A stretch of DNA of 64,000 nucleotides from a virus, in the IMG/VR virus record IMGVR_UViG_3300031413_000003, positions 1 to 64,000 of that record; one strand, 5' to 3'. Shown in pieces: positions 46,759 through 57,126 of this stretch (the first letter of the stretch is position 1; every line of letters begins with the position of its first letter). Below the pieces are notes generated by a model. It was not told where the DNA came from. It made no database searches and worked only from the letters and a program-made list of their open reading frames with translations. The translations under genes and the position numbers were made by a program.

Positions 46759-49002
46759 ATGGCTAATAAAGTGGCAGTTAAGGACAAGGACATTCTTGCC
46801 CGTTCTTTTAGAATGCTGTCGTCCGAGTTGAACAACCGTCCTTTGTTGGACAACTTTAACTGGAGTAATTACTTCAACGTTTTTAGTAGCGCTACGGGAG
46901 ATAACCGCTTTGTCAACCCAGTGAGTCAATTCTCACCGGCAACCGATCCACGCTATGACCGCTATCAACAAAGTTCTGAAGGCGGCATGGGTCCGATGTA
47001 CAAAGAGCTGTACGATGACAACGCCACGATACTGACCTTGGTGCCGGGTGTGCCTGAGTTCGCAGGTCTGTTGAGTTTTATCACCAACATGTTCGACCCT
47101 GTTTCAGCGATCATGGCAAACAAAGGTCGTCGTCCGCATTTGGCCTTTTATATTGGTCAGGCGGCAGGGGCGATTGCGTTTTGGCCTATGCAGCTGGCGA
47201 GTGTAGGTTTGCAGTTCCTGCAGTTCCTGATGGACTCCCCCAAGAACCGTTTCTATACGGTGAAGTCTGCCATGCCTGAATACATTCAGATGGCGTCAGG
47301 TGTCCTCAACGATATCATGGTGAAGCTGGGTTACATTGATCCGGTATTACCGAGCAACAACAAGGCACAGACAGATTCTCTGCACGGCATTCCACCGGGT
47401 GACAGCAACAAGAACAAGATCGCCATGCTGAACCGTCTCTACAGCGATGTGGTCTATTCTGACGGCACCATTGACCTGTTCCGCTTGATTACGCGCGGTG
47501 CACGCAAACACCGCTTCCAGATCAAAGCCTTACAGGACCTGGATGAGAACTGGCCAGAAGGCAACAATATCACGGTAAGTCAGCGTTCTACCCTGGTGCG
47601 TAACCTGATGGCGCGTGCCGCCCAGGAAATCAATGCAAATCCGATGGTGGCAAAAGGCAACCCGACTCAAAACGAGATCGAGAAGTACTATGCAACTGTG
47701 GGTGCGTATCGTGAAGGTGAAGGTCTGTACCCAGAAGGCCAATCAAGCTACCTCAACCAAAACATGTACGCCAATGCCAACACCACGGCATACGGCGCAA
47801 CCGGTGTCGGCGGAGATGGAACGACCAGTACAGGACTCAACGAAACCGTTAATAAGTTAATGACGGAAGTAGGAAGTTCTGATGGGCCACAGGCGCCGCC
47901 TTCTCCTGTGATTCAGGGCGCGTACAGTTCGGCTACGGCAACGCAGAGTAACCCCAACGAGAAAGGTAAAGCCACCGCACTCAATCCCGATCAGAGTCTG
48001 GCGGATTATCCAACACCGCCTAACACGGCGTACAAGGATGATACCAACCTGGAGAGTACTTGGGCGGGTGGTGTTGCCGATTACCTGAAGACGGCACTGA
48101 ATGGCGGTTTGGATGCTATCTCGTTCCGTGTAGAAGGTGGCGGGGGTCCGACGTCGGATACTTTCAGTAACTCCGCGGGCCCATCGCCGATTGCGGATAA
48201 GTTCAACAGTGTGGTCCGTGCGGCCCATGACTTGAACTTTGACATGGCGGGTGGGGCAACCGGTATCGGGATTATCGATGGCATTGTCGAACGCCTCAAA
48301 GACGGGGCAACTGGTGTGCTGGCTGGGTCGGTATTGGGGAACATCCCGCTGGCACTGGCAAACAACAGTTACATCAAGGTTCCTGATCACTGGCAAAGTT
48401 CGTCAGTTAACCTGCACCGTGAGTCCTACGAGATCGCGAGCTACTGTAACTACGCGCATCCGTATGAACAAGTGATGAAGATCTGGGTTATCTTCTCGTT
48501 GCTGCTCCCGTTGGTTGCACCGATCTCTGCGGGTGGCTCTGCTTATACCTCTCCACCGCTGGTGAAGGCGTTTTGTCAGAGTCGCCAGTTTATCCGTACT
48601 GGTATGGTTGAATCGATTCGTTTCCAATTCGGTGAAGGTGAAACCGGCTGGACGCGTGACCGCAAACCGTTGAACTTCAAAGCCAACATTGAAATTGTTG
48701 ACCTGGAGCCACTGGTATCGGTACCGATTAACCGTTCTATTACAGTAATGGATTTGACCAACCCCGCAGCCGCCGTCAAACGCATTCTAAGCGACGATTC
48801 AGCTTACAATGACTATCTGGGTCGCTTAACCGGAATGACCTACCTGGACACTGTACTGCGCTACCGCCGTCTCAACCGCATGACAACGACTGCCGCCTTG
48901 AACGTCAAGTCGTCGTTCCGCGCTGACAACGTAGGTGCCATTCTCAGTGACAACATGGTAGGGGATATCCTGAAGGCGTTCTCTCGTCCTTTAGAGCGTT
49001 AA
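46759..49002 (+). CDS. Virion tail/baseplate protein (phiKZ gp182-like by position)
   Basis: ATG 46759 with GGAG RBS; follows the tape-measure gene. Confidence 0.65.
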   Translation: MANKVAVKDKDILARSFRMLSSELNNRPLLDNFNWSNYFNVFSSATGDNRFVNPVSQFSPATDPRYDRYQQSSEGGMGPMYKELYDDNATILTLVPGVPEFAGLLSFITNMFDPVSAIMANKGRRPHLAFYIGQAAGAIAFWPMQLASVGLQFLQFLMDSPKNRFYTVKSAMPEYIQMASGVLNDIMVKLGYIDPVLPSNNKAQTDSLHGIPPGDSNKNKIAMLNRLYSDVVYSDGTIDLFRLITRGARKHRFQIKALQDLDENWPEGNNITVSQRSTLVRNLMARAAQEINANPMVAKGNPTQNEIEKYYATVGAYREGEGLYPEGQSSYLNQNMYANANTTAYGATGVGGDGTTSTGLNETVNKLMTEVGSSDGPQAPPSPVIQGAYSSATATQSNPNEKGKATALNPDQSLADYPTPPNTAYKDDTNLESTWAGGVADYLKTALNGGLDAISFRVEGGGGPTSDTFSNSAGPSPIADKFNSVVRAAHDLNFDMAGGATGIGIIDGIVERLKDGATGVLAGSVLGNIPLALANNSYIKVPDHWQSSSVNLHRESYEIASYCNYAHPYEQVMKIWVIFSLLLPLVAPISAGGSAYTSPPLVKAFCQSRQFIRTGMVESIRFQFGEGETGWTRDRKPLNFKANIEIVDLEPLVSVPINRSITVMDLTNPAAAVKRILSDDSAYNDYLGRLTGMTYLDTVLRYRRLNRMTTTAALNVKSSFRADNVGAILSDNMVGDILKAFSRPLER

Positions 49003-49021
49003 TGTTTAATCACTAAAGTAC

Positions 49022-49071
49022 CAATCCCTTGCCTACTGCCTCCGCAAGGAGGTGGTAGTGTAGGGGAATTG
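49022..49071. terminator. Hairpin (conserved family, GCAA loop)
   Basis: CTACTGCCTCC-GCAA-GGAGGTGGTAG with extended outer stem. Confidence 0.7.
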
Positions 49072-49146
49072 TATGCATTTATTAATGCACAACCACTCGG
49101 CAAATTTGCTTGGTGTACCTTTATTGATTAATACAAGGCTCTTATT

Positions 49147-50379
49147 ATGTCAAATGTACATACCCAAACTATCCCTCTTTATAACAAAGGCGCATTATCC
49201 GCAACAGGTTACCGCATTGGTTCCGGTTACAACGTTAAGTTGAACTACGGCACCATTGAACTCGCGTCCAAGCCTTCCCTGTATGATTGCATCTTGCACT
49301 CTTATATCGGGATCCGTTTGAAGTCACCCAAGTTCCATGACTGGTTAACCGAAGAATTGCGTGAACAGATTCTGCGTGAGCTGGGTGAAATGGATACGCT
49401 GATTGATGGGCGCATTACCAGTTACCGTAATGAAGGACTCAAAGAGATCCTGAGCAAAGGTATGAAGTGGGAGATCAACAACACCCTTCAGATCAACATC
49501 GATCAAGCAGATCTCCAACCAGAAGAAAGAATTCGCGAAGTTAGAGACATGTTCTTTAACGATTTCCTTAAAGCGACGAAACTTGTTGTGCACATTCGAA
49601 TGACCTCGCCGTTCAAAGACAAGGCCGATCTCTTCGAAGTGTCCCTGTTTGAAGACAAACAGCACGACAAACCTTACATGAGTGTGATGGAAAGCAACCT
49701 TCCGTCTTCACTCTTCAACAGAGAGTGGATTGACAATGCTAAAAATTCTTTTAATGCTTACCGTCGGGCTAGTGCTCCAGTTCAGCTTGGGATCAACCCA
49801 GCAGTGTACCATCCCCTCGCGCCGCTTCATCCCGGCATTCAGGACCCAGTACAACAGCCTGGTCTAGGTATTAGCCCCTATACCAATAAGCCATTCACGT
49901 ATGGCACTGGAACACCTGCTCAGTTTAAGCTGTACGGTGAAACAGGTGACATAGACGTGACGCTTAACGGGAGCACTGTGAGCTTCCAGGCATCTGGCGA
50001 TGTATCAGCACGAGCACCGCAGATCAATGTTACCGGCGGCATGAACTGTTTCGCACCAAAGTTAAATTTGGGTGAGCTTGCGTCTCCACATGTTACCGCA
50101 TTCGGTAAAAGCGTGTTTGACATGGATGATCGGTTAGTGGCACAGGTGGATATTCGTTCTGTAAAAGCATACAACGAATCCCCATACTTCAACCAAGAAG
50201 TACAGATGCCCATTCCGTTTCAAGAGTTCATTGAAACGAAATTGAAATGGTCATGGATGGACACCACCTTTGAAGATTACCTCTTGAAGGGCTATAAGTC
50301 CGATGATCAGGGTCGTGATCCACAGGTTGTGGCATTCATCAATATCGCCAGTCGTTTATGTAATGTGTTAATTGCATAA
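49147..50379 (+). CDS. Hypothetical protein (410 aa)
   Basis: Long ORF bounded by hairpins. Confidence 0.75.
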   Translation: MSNVHTQTIPLYNKGALSATGYRIGSGYNVKLNYGTIELASKPSLYDCILHSYIGIRLKSPKFHDWLTEELREQILRELGEMDTLIDGRITSYRNEGLKEILSKGMKWEINNTLQINIDQADLQPEERIREVRDMFFNDFLKATKLVVHIRMTSPFKDKADLFEVSLFEDKQHDKPYMSVMESNLPSSLFNREWIDNAKNSFNAYRRASAPVQLGINPAVYHPLAPLHPGIQDPVQQPGLGISPYTNKPFTYGTGTPAQFKLYGETGDIDVTLNGSTVSFQASGDVSARAPQINVTGGMNCFAPKLNLGELASPHVTAFGKSVFDMDDRLVAQVDIRSVKAYNESPYFNQEVQMPIPFQEFIETKLKWSWMDTTFEDYLLKGYKSDDQGRDPQVVAFINIASRLCNVLIA

Positions 50380-50397
50380 AAAAAAAGAAACATACTC

Positions 50398-50425
50398 CTA
50401 CTCCTACCCTTTCGGGTAGGAGTAG
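50398..50425. terminator. Bidirectional terminator (conserved hairpin family)
   Basis: CTACTCCTACCC-TTTC-GGGTAGGAGTAG between convergent genes. Confidence 0.85.
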
Positions 50426-50429
50426 TGAT

Positions 50430-51560
50430 TTATGCCGTTGCGATAATTGGAACGTCCGGGAAACTGTTCTTAAAGGTGTCAACTGCTGACTGTTCATTAA
50501 ACATGCCAGTGCACGCCATTAAGACAACCAGTTCAGGCGCTGTGTCATCAGAGATCAACACTTGCTTCATGTCTTCACTTACTGACGAGATCAGACCCAT
50601 ATTCAAGACTTGACCAAACATGCTGTTGGTCTTATACCAGTTGTCACCAAAGATCGTGGTAACCACACGCAGGAACATCGCCTTGATCGCCGGGTACTGA
50701 CCAGGAGACGTCCCGTTATCCAACACGAAGTTCTGGAACAGGTTATTCGCTAAGCCCGGATACTTGGCGTTAATCATGGCGTGGCTCTTGGCACTCACCA
50801 GATCCAACACCTTGTTCATACTTACCAGGTCGCCGTTCTGCATCATCTGGGGAATAGCGTTCAACAGCGCCGCTTCAGCATCTTCAGGATTGTTGTACTT
50901 GTCCATGATCGACTGGTACGAATCGCTCATCCCGTACTCTGCAGTCATCTTCATTAACGAGTTGTAATACGACGTATTAAACGTGTAGTCTGTTAATGTG
51001 TTCAACCCGGTAGTACGACCCAACAGGCTCAGAATCCCGCCACCCATCTGATCACGCCAGTTCTTGGTGATACGGAACCCGCCACCTGTGGAATCTACCA
51101 TGTTACCAAAGTAGCCGCCGGTCAGGTTGTTGAACTCACTGTTGGCCATGTCACTGAGCTGATACATCAAGGCATCTTTGGAACTGATGTCGAAACCGAT
51201 CTTGTTACCGATAGACTGAACCAGCATGTCTTTGTTAAAGCTCACGCCGTTCTTACCGACACTGAAGTACTGTGCCGCATCCTTAAAGTCCAGTGCCCCA
51301 CCGGTTAGGGAGCCCACGATACTGTCCAGTCCAGAGATAACCTCGTCCTTATAAGCAGAGATTGTCCCCGAGACTTTAGCCTCACCCGCCTTTAACGTTG
51401 CCACCCCTTCTTTGAGTTTGTTCTGTACCGGAGAGATTGCCTTGACAGCATCACCTCGGTATTTATCCAACGTTTCTACTGTGCTGTTCTTGAAATTAGA
51501 CAGCTTATCACCGATGCCACTGAGTGCATCACCAATTCCACCTGCACTGGGAAGCGCCAT
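50430..51560 (-). CDS. Putative virion structural protein
   Basis: ATG 51560 with GAGG RBS; Gly/Ser-rich helical N-terminus. Confidence 0.55.
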   Translation of the reverse strand: MALPSAGGIGDALSGIGDKLSNFKNSTVETLDKYRGDAVKAISPVQNKLKEGVATLKAGEAKVSGTISAYKDEVISGLDSIVGSLTGGALDFKDAAQYFSVGKNGVSFNKDMLVQSIGNKIGFDISSKDALMYQLSDMANSEFNNLTGGYFGNMVDSTGGGFRITKNWRDQMGGGILSLLGRTTGLNTLTDYTFNTSYYNSLMKMTAEYGMSDSYQSIMDKYNNPEDAEAALLNAIPQMMQNGDLVSMNKVLDLVSAKSHAMINAKYPGLANNLFQNFVLDNGTSPGQYPAIKAMFLRVVTTIFGDNWYKTNSMFGQVLNMGLISSVSEDMKQVLISDDTAPELVVLMACTGMFNEQSAVDTFKNSFPDVPIIATA

Positions 51561-51595
51561 ACCTACCTCTCGACAAAAAAATAAGGAACACATAA

Positions 51596-51621
51596 ACTTG
51601 GAGGGTGTTACCCCTCCAAGT
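51596..51621 (-). terminator. Intrinsic terminator
   Basis: ACTTGGAGGG-TGTTAC-CCCTCCAAGT. Confidence 0.7.
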
Positions 51622-51637
51622 CATGGACTAACAAAAT

Positions 51638-52066
51638 TTATTCACTGGCATCAGGGTCTTCTTCGTAAGACTCACTGTTTTCAGCGTGTTTAATCTTCAC
51701 TGTTTCACTGACTTCATACTCATTCCCATTCTTGTCCTTTACCTTCAGCGTGATCGTACATTCATCCATCTGCAAGATCGATAAGCCTTCTAACATCTTA
51801 TCTGCTGTCAGTTTGGGACTGTGGAAATAAGCATCCCGGATGTTTCCGGTTTTGGTTAACATCTGTTTTCGTTTGTCCTCCTCTGGGTATCCGGTGAGTA
51901 TCCACGATAAGTGGTCGTTTAGCAGCCGAGTCCATTTATAGGGGTTCATGTTTAACTTATTCAGTAAACCCCTAAACAGTTTTGCAACCGGACCTTTTAA
52001 TTTGTCATCTGGCAAATACCTCTTAGAAACGGCTTCCATTTCTTTTTTGGTACTGTTAGATTTCAC
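51638..52066 (-). CDS. Hypothetical protein (142 aa)
   Basis: Overlaps the upstream stop; GGAG RBS. Confidence 0.7.
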   Translation of the reverse strand: MKSNSTKKEMEAVSKRYLPDDKLKGPVAKLFRGLLNKLNMNPYKWTRLLNDHLSWILTGYPEEDKRKQMLTKTGNIRDAYFHSPKLTADKMLEGLSILQMDECTITLKVKDKNGNEYEVSETVKIKHAENSESYEEDPDASE

Positions 52067-52679
52067 CCAAGCTCCGTATGTTGATTGTATAAAGCGCCGT
52101 TAAGATCTGTAAGATCTCCGACACCAATGCCCGATAATCCTTGTTTGCAACGAAATCTGGAATACCAGGATATTGGCGTTCCAGTTTTTTAATACGTGCA
52201 AGTTGACTCTGGTAGAGAGTGTCCTGAATTTCTTCGTTCGTATCTCTCTGATAAAATAGAAACACTTCAAGAAACACAGGAACCCGCTCCATCAACACTT
52301 CGTTGATTTCAGCGTCACCGTCATACCAGTCAAGGAACAAGCGATCGGCAATCGGATAATGGCTCGCCAAACTTTTGTACGCTGCTGCATAACGCTCCTC
52401 ACTGAACTGCTCAGCATCTTCAATAAAGCTCAGAAGACTGGAGGAATTCGGTGTGTACGTGGTCATACCCACCCCGGTTGCATCACGATAATCCGCCAGC
52501 GCAAACGGTTTGTACTGCTTAGTAAGAAAATTGTATAGGGACGCGGATGTTGGAACAATGCCTTTTGAAGGCGAACGGAGGTCTGCAAACACCTGCTCAA
52601 TAAATTTTAACTGTTCCTGACAGTGGTCAATTTGATAGAGCTTTGGTTTAAACCACTTGCGCATTAAACGTTGGATCAT
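52056..52679 (-). CDS. Hypothetical protein
   Basis: ATG 52679 with AAGGA RBS, downstream of a promoter motif. Confidence 0.75.
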   Translation of the reverse strand: MIQRLMRKWFKPKLYQIDHCQEQLKFIEQVFADLRSPSKGIVPTSASLYNFLTKQYKPFALADYRDATGVGMTTYTPNSSSLLSFIEDAEQFSEERYAAAYKSLASHYPIADRLFLDWYDGDAEINEVLMERVPVFLEVFLFYQRDTNEEIQDTLYQSQLARIKKLERQYPGIPDFVANKDYRALVSEILQILTALYTINIRSLGEI

Positions 52680-52713
52680 ACAGATTCCTTTATAGACTAG
52701 GTTCACTACCCTA

Positions 52714-52734
52714 ATAATGTAGGTTTGAAAAATT
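52714..52734 (-). promoter_or_regulatory. Early promoter variant
   Basis: Minus strand AATTTTTCAAACCTACATTAT. Confidence 0.55.
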
Positions 52735-53313
52735 ATGGACACTCCAGAAAAACCCGTAGAAGTCATCGCCACCAATCAGGAAGCGCTGGCTAAACCCCCG
52801 AAGTTCACGGAAGCGCAACTGTTGGACCCGGCCTTTGACCAATTGGATCTGGTAGGGGCTGAAGTCGATGAAGCGCTGATGTCTATCGTGCAAGCGATGG
52901 TGCGTAATGAAGAAGACGTTGAACAGGTAAGCCTGGCTGACTCCCTTCAGAAACACCGTGCCTTGTTGTTGAAATTTGCCACCTTGGCGTACATGAAGAA
53001 ACCCAGCTCTGCCATGCTGCTGAGTTCGATCACGTCACTTGTGGGTGCCATGGAGAAAGCGATCCGTGACGACCGTAAAGAACGTGCCAAGAAAGAAGAG
53101 AACGCGAGCAATCAGTTTAGCTTTTCACAGATTGTCGAATCCCTTAATGCAATTGCTGCCGGGGCTGTGGTTACACCCACCTTTGAACTCACTAGTTTTA
53201 TTCTGGACCCTACTAAATCTCTTATGGACATTGCTGACGGGTTTAAGCCTATCAAGCCAGAAGAGCTAGTCCAGGGTAATACACTGGTCGATATCGACGG
53301 CAACGTGATGTAA
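52735..53313 (+). CDS. Hypothetical helical protein (192 aa)
   Basis: Clean ORF ending before a terminator. Confidence 0.75.
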   Translation: MDTPEKPVEVIATNQEALAKPPKFTEAQLLDPAFDQLDLVGAEVDEALMSIVQAMVRNEEDVEQVSLADSLQKHRALLLKFATLAYMKKPSSAMLLSSITSLVGAMEKAIRDDRKERAKKEENASNQFSFSQIVESLNAIAAGAVVTPTFELTSFILDPTKSLMDIADGFKPIKPEELVQGNTLVDIDGNVM

Positions 53314-53323
53314 AAAAACTATA

Positions 53324-53355
53324 TAATAGTAAGCGGCTCGCGCCGCTTACTATTA
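53324..53355. terminator. Bidirectional terminator
   Basis: TAATAGTAAGCGGC-TCGC-GCCGCTTACTATTA between convergent genes. Confidence 0.85.
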
Positions 53356-53357
53356 GG

Positions 53358-54086
53358 TTACATGTGGTCATACGCGCTGTGCGGCATTGGTTTGATGCCA
53401 ATTTGATTCACTAACGTCAACGCAAAGGCTTCGATCACTTCTGCCGGTTTCCCCGTGATATACTCCTGGCTCTTGATAAACAAATCAGGAACAAAGAACA
53501 CCACATCTGGAATCGGCTCTTTAAGCAAGTTGTCCATGAACGGTTTGTTGTCGCGCACAAAGATGTCATACTTAAAGACGTAGGAGAAACTGCGATAGAA
53601 GCTCGGGGTGGCTTTACGATCATCCAGGTGAATCAGGGTGATCTCATGCTTACCACGAAAACGCTTGCGCAGAGAATCCAACAAGATCTCTTTAATATCT
53701 TCCGTTAACACATACGGGAAGGTATTGACCACAAAGCTGAATGAGCGGATGTTAGCCAACAACTCATATTCAGTCTCGGTAGCCAAGATCTGCGTCATGA
53801 TCAGCTTGCTGATATTGCTCGGTGTATAGAACGCGAAGTCATCCAGGCTACGCTCAGCGTAAGCCGCTTCGAACTTCTCATGAGTGAGGCCGATTTCTGG
53901 GCACTCAAACAGATCCATACGGCGTTCATCATAACGCTTGGCCAAATACTGGTCCCACTTCTTTGCGGCGTCCACAAGGCGTGTAGCGACGTCCTGAGAG
54001 GGGTCGGTAATGATCTTACAGATTAACCCCTGACGATAGTCAAACAGTGAGTCCAACGGCAGATAGACTTTGATGTCCTTGTTCAT
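53358..54086 (-). CDS. Conserved jumbo-phage hypothetical protein (degenerate HAD-like N-terminus)
   Basis: VYLPLDSLFDYR resembles a DLD.L.D.R motif; TAATG coupling. Confidence 0.6.
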   Translation of the reverse strand: MNKDIKVYLPLDSLFDYRQGLICKIITDPSQDVATRLVDAAKKWDQYLAKRYDERRMDLFECPEIGLTHEKFEAAYAERSLDDFAFYTPSNISKLIMTQILATETEYELLANIRSFSFVVNTFPYVLTEDIKEILLDSLRKRFRGKHEITLIHLDDRKATPSFYRSFSYVFKYDIFVRDNKPFMDNLLKEPIPDVVFFVPDLFIKSQEYITGKPAEVIEAFALTLVNQIGIKPMPHSAYDHM

Positions 54087-54556
54087 TATTTACCTTCTGC
54101 AGCATTTTCAGTTGGAGGTAACTCTGGAACAAACAGATCCAACTGATCGACGTAATAACGCAGGGCAAAGAACACGCAAGCGAAATAATCTTTTTCAGTG
54201 ATGCGATGTGACAACGTGGCGTTGTTGGGCATGCCGCTAATCACCGACTTGTATTCCGCCAGCAACTTCTTGAAGTAGGCTTCAGGAAACACCAGCTCAC
54301 TGACAACCGCCATAACGAAAAGCAGGGCATCGTTATAGAACGTCGAGCTACCCCCAATCACCGTTGAGAAGTTGGCTAACTCATCGGAGAACTTGGTCAT
54401 CGGCGTTTCATAAAAGCGCAGGGAAACTTCTTTGATGAAGTCTTGCTTTTCTTCGCGACTTTGCAGGAACAGATAATGCTTGACCAGCACTTCTCCCAGG
54501 ATTTGGAGATCCGGTTCACCAATAGGGGATTTGAACCCAGGAAGGATATTACTCAT
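54086..54556 (-). CDS. Hypothetical protein (156 aa)
   Basis: Operon packing, AAGGGA RBS. Confidence 0.75.
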   Translation of the reverse strand: MSNILPGFKSPIGEPDLQILGEVLVKHYLFLQSREEKQDFIKEVSLRFYETPMTKFSDELANFSTVIGGSSTFYNDALLFVMAVVSELVFPEAYFKKLLAEYKSVISGMPNNATLSHRITEKDYFACVFFALRYYVDQLDLFVPELPPTENAAEGK

Positions 54557-54567
54557 AGCGCTTCCCT

Positions 54568-55257
54568 TTACCCGTTACGTGAATGCAGGTTGTTCTCGAT
54601 GAGACGACCACGCAGTAAGAAGTGTGCCAGGCTTAGCACTTTAGCGCCGTCACCGCGACGTAAGCTGGCGTTAACACTGGCTTGACCTTCTTCAATAAGA
54701 GAAGCACGGTAAGCCTTTAACGCGCCTACGTCACCGCCTTTAACGGTATAGAGTTCGTTGACCGAGTTAACCAGACCCAGAGAACCACCGAATACGTGGA
54801 CTTCAGGAATACTTAAACCGGTTGCACGTGACTCCATCATCACCTGACCTGTTAAGTCATCAACACGTTTATCATCTTTCGCCGCGCTGATCTTCTTGAC
54901 CCACATCTGGCTCTGCTTCATGAGTTCCGCAGTACCCACAAAGTGTTTAGCCGGTGTCATGACCTTTAAGCCGGTATCGATGTCGTAGCTTACAATGCGC
55001 TGCCATACAGGGCGACCTAAACGCTCACAGCGCTCAACGATGTCATCAAAGTCAACGTCATCACCGCGATTGGTATTACTTAACCAGATAGCCAACTCAT
55101 TGCCCGCTTCAAGCCACGCAACGTAATCGTCAAACTCCTGATCATTCATCCGCCCGAAAAACTCTTTATAGATGGCACCATTACCCCCATTGGGGGTAAC
55201 AGATGTCATTTCGTCGATAAGGAATTTTTCTGCTTTCTTTCGATTAGCAGTAGTCAT
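54568..55257 (-). CDS. Virion RNA polymerase beta subunit, C-terminal part (phiKZ gp149/SPN3US gp218-like)
   Basis: KQSQMWVKKISAA...DDLTGQV...ATGLSIPEV...ELYTVKGGD resembles the beta C-terminus (KL.H.V.DK...LVTQQP...EMEV...E.LTVKSDD). Confidence 0.8.
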   Translation of the reverse strand: MTTANRKKAEKFLIDEMTSVTPNGGNGAIYKEFFGRMNDQEFDDYVAWLEAGNELAIWLSNTNRGDDVDFDDIVERCERLGRPVWQRIVSYDIDTGLKVMTPAKHFVGTAELMKQSQMWVKKISAAKDDKRVDDLTGQVMMESRATGLSIPEVHVFGGSLGLVNSVNELYTVKGGDVGALKAYRASLIEEGQASVNASLRRGDGAKVLSLAHFLLRGRLIENNLHSRNG

Positions 55258-55631
55258 TTAACCTTCCTGTTGTAGCCGTAAGTAAACAACGGCTTGTTCA
55301 ATTCGGTGGCGGCTTGACGCGCTCCGTTAAGGAACATATCGTCAGCCAGTCTGATGATTAATATCTCATCAAATAGTCCAACGTTGTTTTCCAGGGATTG
55401 AATGAACTGCGTTTTGTTTTTGGTGTCTAACTCAATTTCAGTGACAGTGGGATCGATATCGCAAATCCCACGATTACCACAAACAGAAACCAAAGAGACG
55501 TCACGGCATTTACTTTTTGCCATGTTCTCTTTTAAACGCGCCACGTAGGCTGTCGCGTCATCGCATTGATTACCGAAAATACCATCAGTAATAACTAAAG
55601 TTACAACAGTTTCTCTTTGTTCTGTGGTCAT
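55254..55631 (-). CDS. Hypothetical protein (125 aa)
   Basis: ATGA overlap with the betaC gene. Confidence 0.7.
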   Translation of the reverse strand: MTTEQRETVVTLVITDGIFGNQCDDATAYVARLKENMAKSKCRDVSLVSVCGNRGICDIDPTVTEIELDTKNKTQFIQSLENNVGLFDEILIIRLADDMFLNGARQAATELNKPLFTYGYNRKVK

Positions 55632-55640
55632 GATACTGCC

Positions 55641-57062
55641 TTAGAATTTGGGGTCGCCTTCGCCAACGGCGATACGCATAAGTTCAAAAGTCGAAAGCGT
55701 TGTTTTCTTGATGTCATCATTGATGAACCAGTAGTCAACGGTTTCGTTCAAAATCCATTCCCAATCCATGAGCTTGCCGATCTTCTCGTAGAAGTCTTCG
55801 ATCGTCATGCGGTACTTCTGATCGAGCGTCAGATCGTACTTCATTTTGTTCATGTATTGGTAAGTAATACAAAGAGCACGACGCAGACAGAGATCTTCAT
55901 TGATCTGTCCGCGAATCGTTGTACGGCCAAGACGGCTACCTGGGTAGATCACCAGTGAGTGACCACGTGGGTTGTCGCTGTCATAACCGAAGAATTTGTG
56001 CTTCTTCAAGTTGTGGTAAGCAGTCAGGTCTTCCTGAATACCTAAGTGCTGAGAACCGATGAAGGACGTGTGACCACCAGAGATCCCGTTCTTATTACGG
56101 TATGGAGAAACGAAGTACTCCATAAGGTCTGGTGACGCTTTACCGTCGGCATCAAAGAATTCATCTTTACCATACGGGTCAGGATAAAGCCATTCCTGTC
56201 CGTTCTTCAATGGCGCGCCACGAATGATCTCGACACCCAGTGCCGGAAGCTTCTTCATGGACTTCGGACCAGAGATCTTCTTGCCCTGACGCAGGAACGT
56301 AGTTTGCTTTTCCAGCGGCTGACCGGTCATGTTGATGATATCTTCAACCTGTGCAGTCCACACCTGATACATGCCAACTTCAGCACCCAGGCTATCTGCA
56401 TCGGTATGAACGATACGACGAAGGTTACCGATGACCATATCACGGGTTTTCTTCGCACCGCCTTCATCTACATCACCTTCCTGGAAATCTTTCATGGCTT
56501 TCGAGAAGCCCATTTCCGTACCGGAGTCGATCATTGGGATCAACGGTGGGAACATCTTAACCGCTGATACACCATCGTTAGCCAGGAAAGGCGTATCGAT
56601 TTTGAGGTTCTTGTTCTTCTTCGCTTCTTCTTTGATCATGGCATTCTTCTCTTTAAAGAAGTTATGCACATCGGTACCGTCATACTCATTACCTGACAGG
56701 TAGAAGAAACGCTGATCCAGAATATGATGTTTGAAGTAATCGTTGTCGCCGATCTCGCGGTTAATCGCATCCGCAACGCGGCTTACAGCAAAGGTTTTCT
56801 CAATATCGAATAAGAAGCCCGCACTTGGTTTGATACGCGCCAGAACACGCGACATCATTAATGCCAGCTTACCGGATTTCTGGGTGTTACTACCACCAAC
56901 TACCGCATTGTTTGGGGTCATGCCGCCATTTAAATAATAACGACCATCGACACCTTTTACGTCTTCACCATTTAACTGATCGAAAATATACGAATAGTTG
57001 ATGAATGGGGTGGTTACTTCGGATGATTTCATACCTGAAAGGAAACCATAAGGGGAAGACAT
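55641..57062 (-). CDS. uvsX: UvsX/RecA-like recombinase (phiKZ gp152-like)
   Basis: YLNGGM...VVGGSNTQKS Walker A variant, FDIE, MIDS Walker B; synteny. Confidence 0.8.
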   Translation of the reverse strand: MSSPYGFLSGMKSSEVTTPFINYSYIFDQLNGEDVKGVDGRYYLNGGMTPNNAVVGGSNTQKSGKLALMMSRVLARIKPSAGFLFDIEKTFAVSRVADAINREIGDNDYFKHHILDQRFFYLSGNEYDGTDVHNFFKEKNAMIKEEAKKNKNLKIDTPFLANDGVSAVKMFPPLIPMIDSGTEMGFSKAMKDFQEGDVDEGGAKKTRDMVIGNLRRIVHTDADSLGAEVGMYQVWTAQVEDIINMTGQPLEKQTTFLRQGKKISGPKSMKKLPALGVEIIRGAPLKNGQEWLYPDPYGKDEFFDADGKASPDLMEYFVSPYRNKNGISGGHTSFIGSQHLGIQEDLTAYHNLKKHKFFGYDSDNPRGHSLVIYPGSRLGRTTIRGQINEDLCLRRALCITYQYMNKMKYDLTLDQKYRMTIEDFYEKIGKLMDWEWILNETVDYWFINDDIKKTTLSTFELMRIAVGEGDPKF

Positions 57063-57126
57063 AGTGAACCTCGATTCTATGAAAAGTTAGGTAATAATTC
57101 TTAATCTATATATAAGGGTTCCAGTA

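Noticed and set aside
56870-56900. Non-canonical Walker A (GGSNTQKS) as a sign of an inactive recombinase
   Set aside because: Phage UvsX proteins commonly lack the Gly before Lys (T4 UvsX has GPSKSFKS), so this is not unusual
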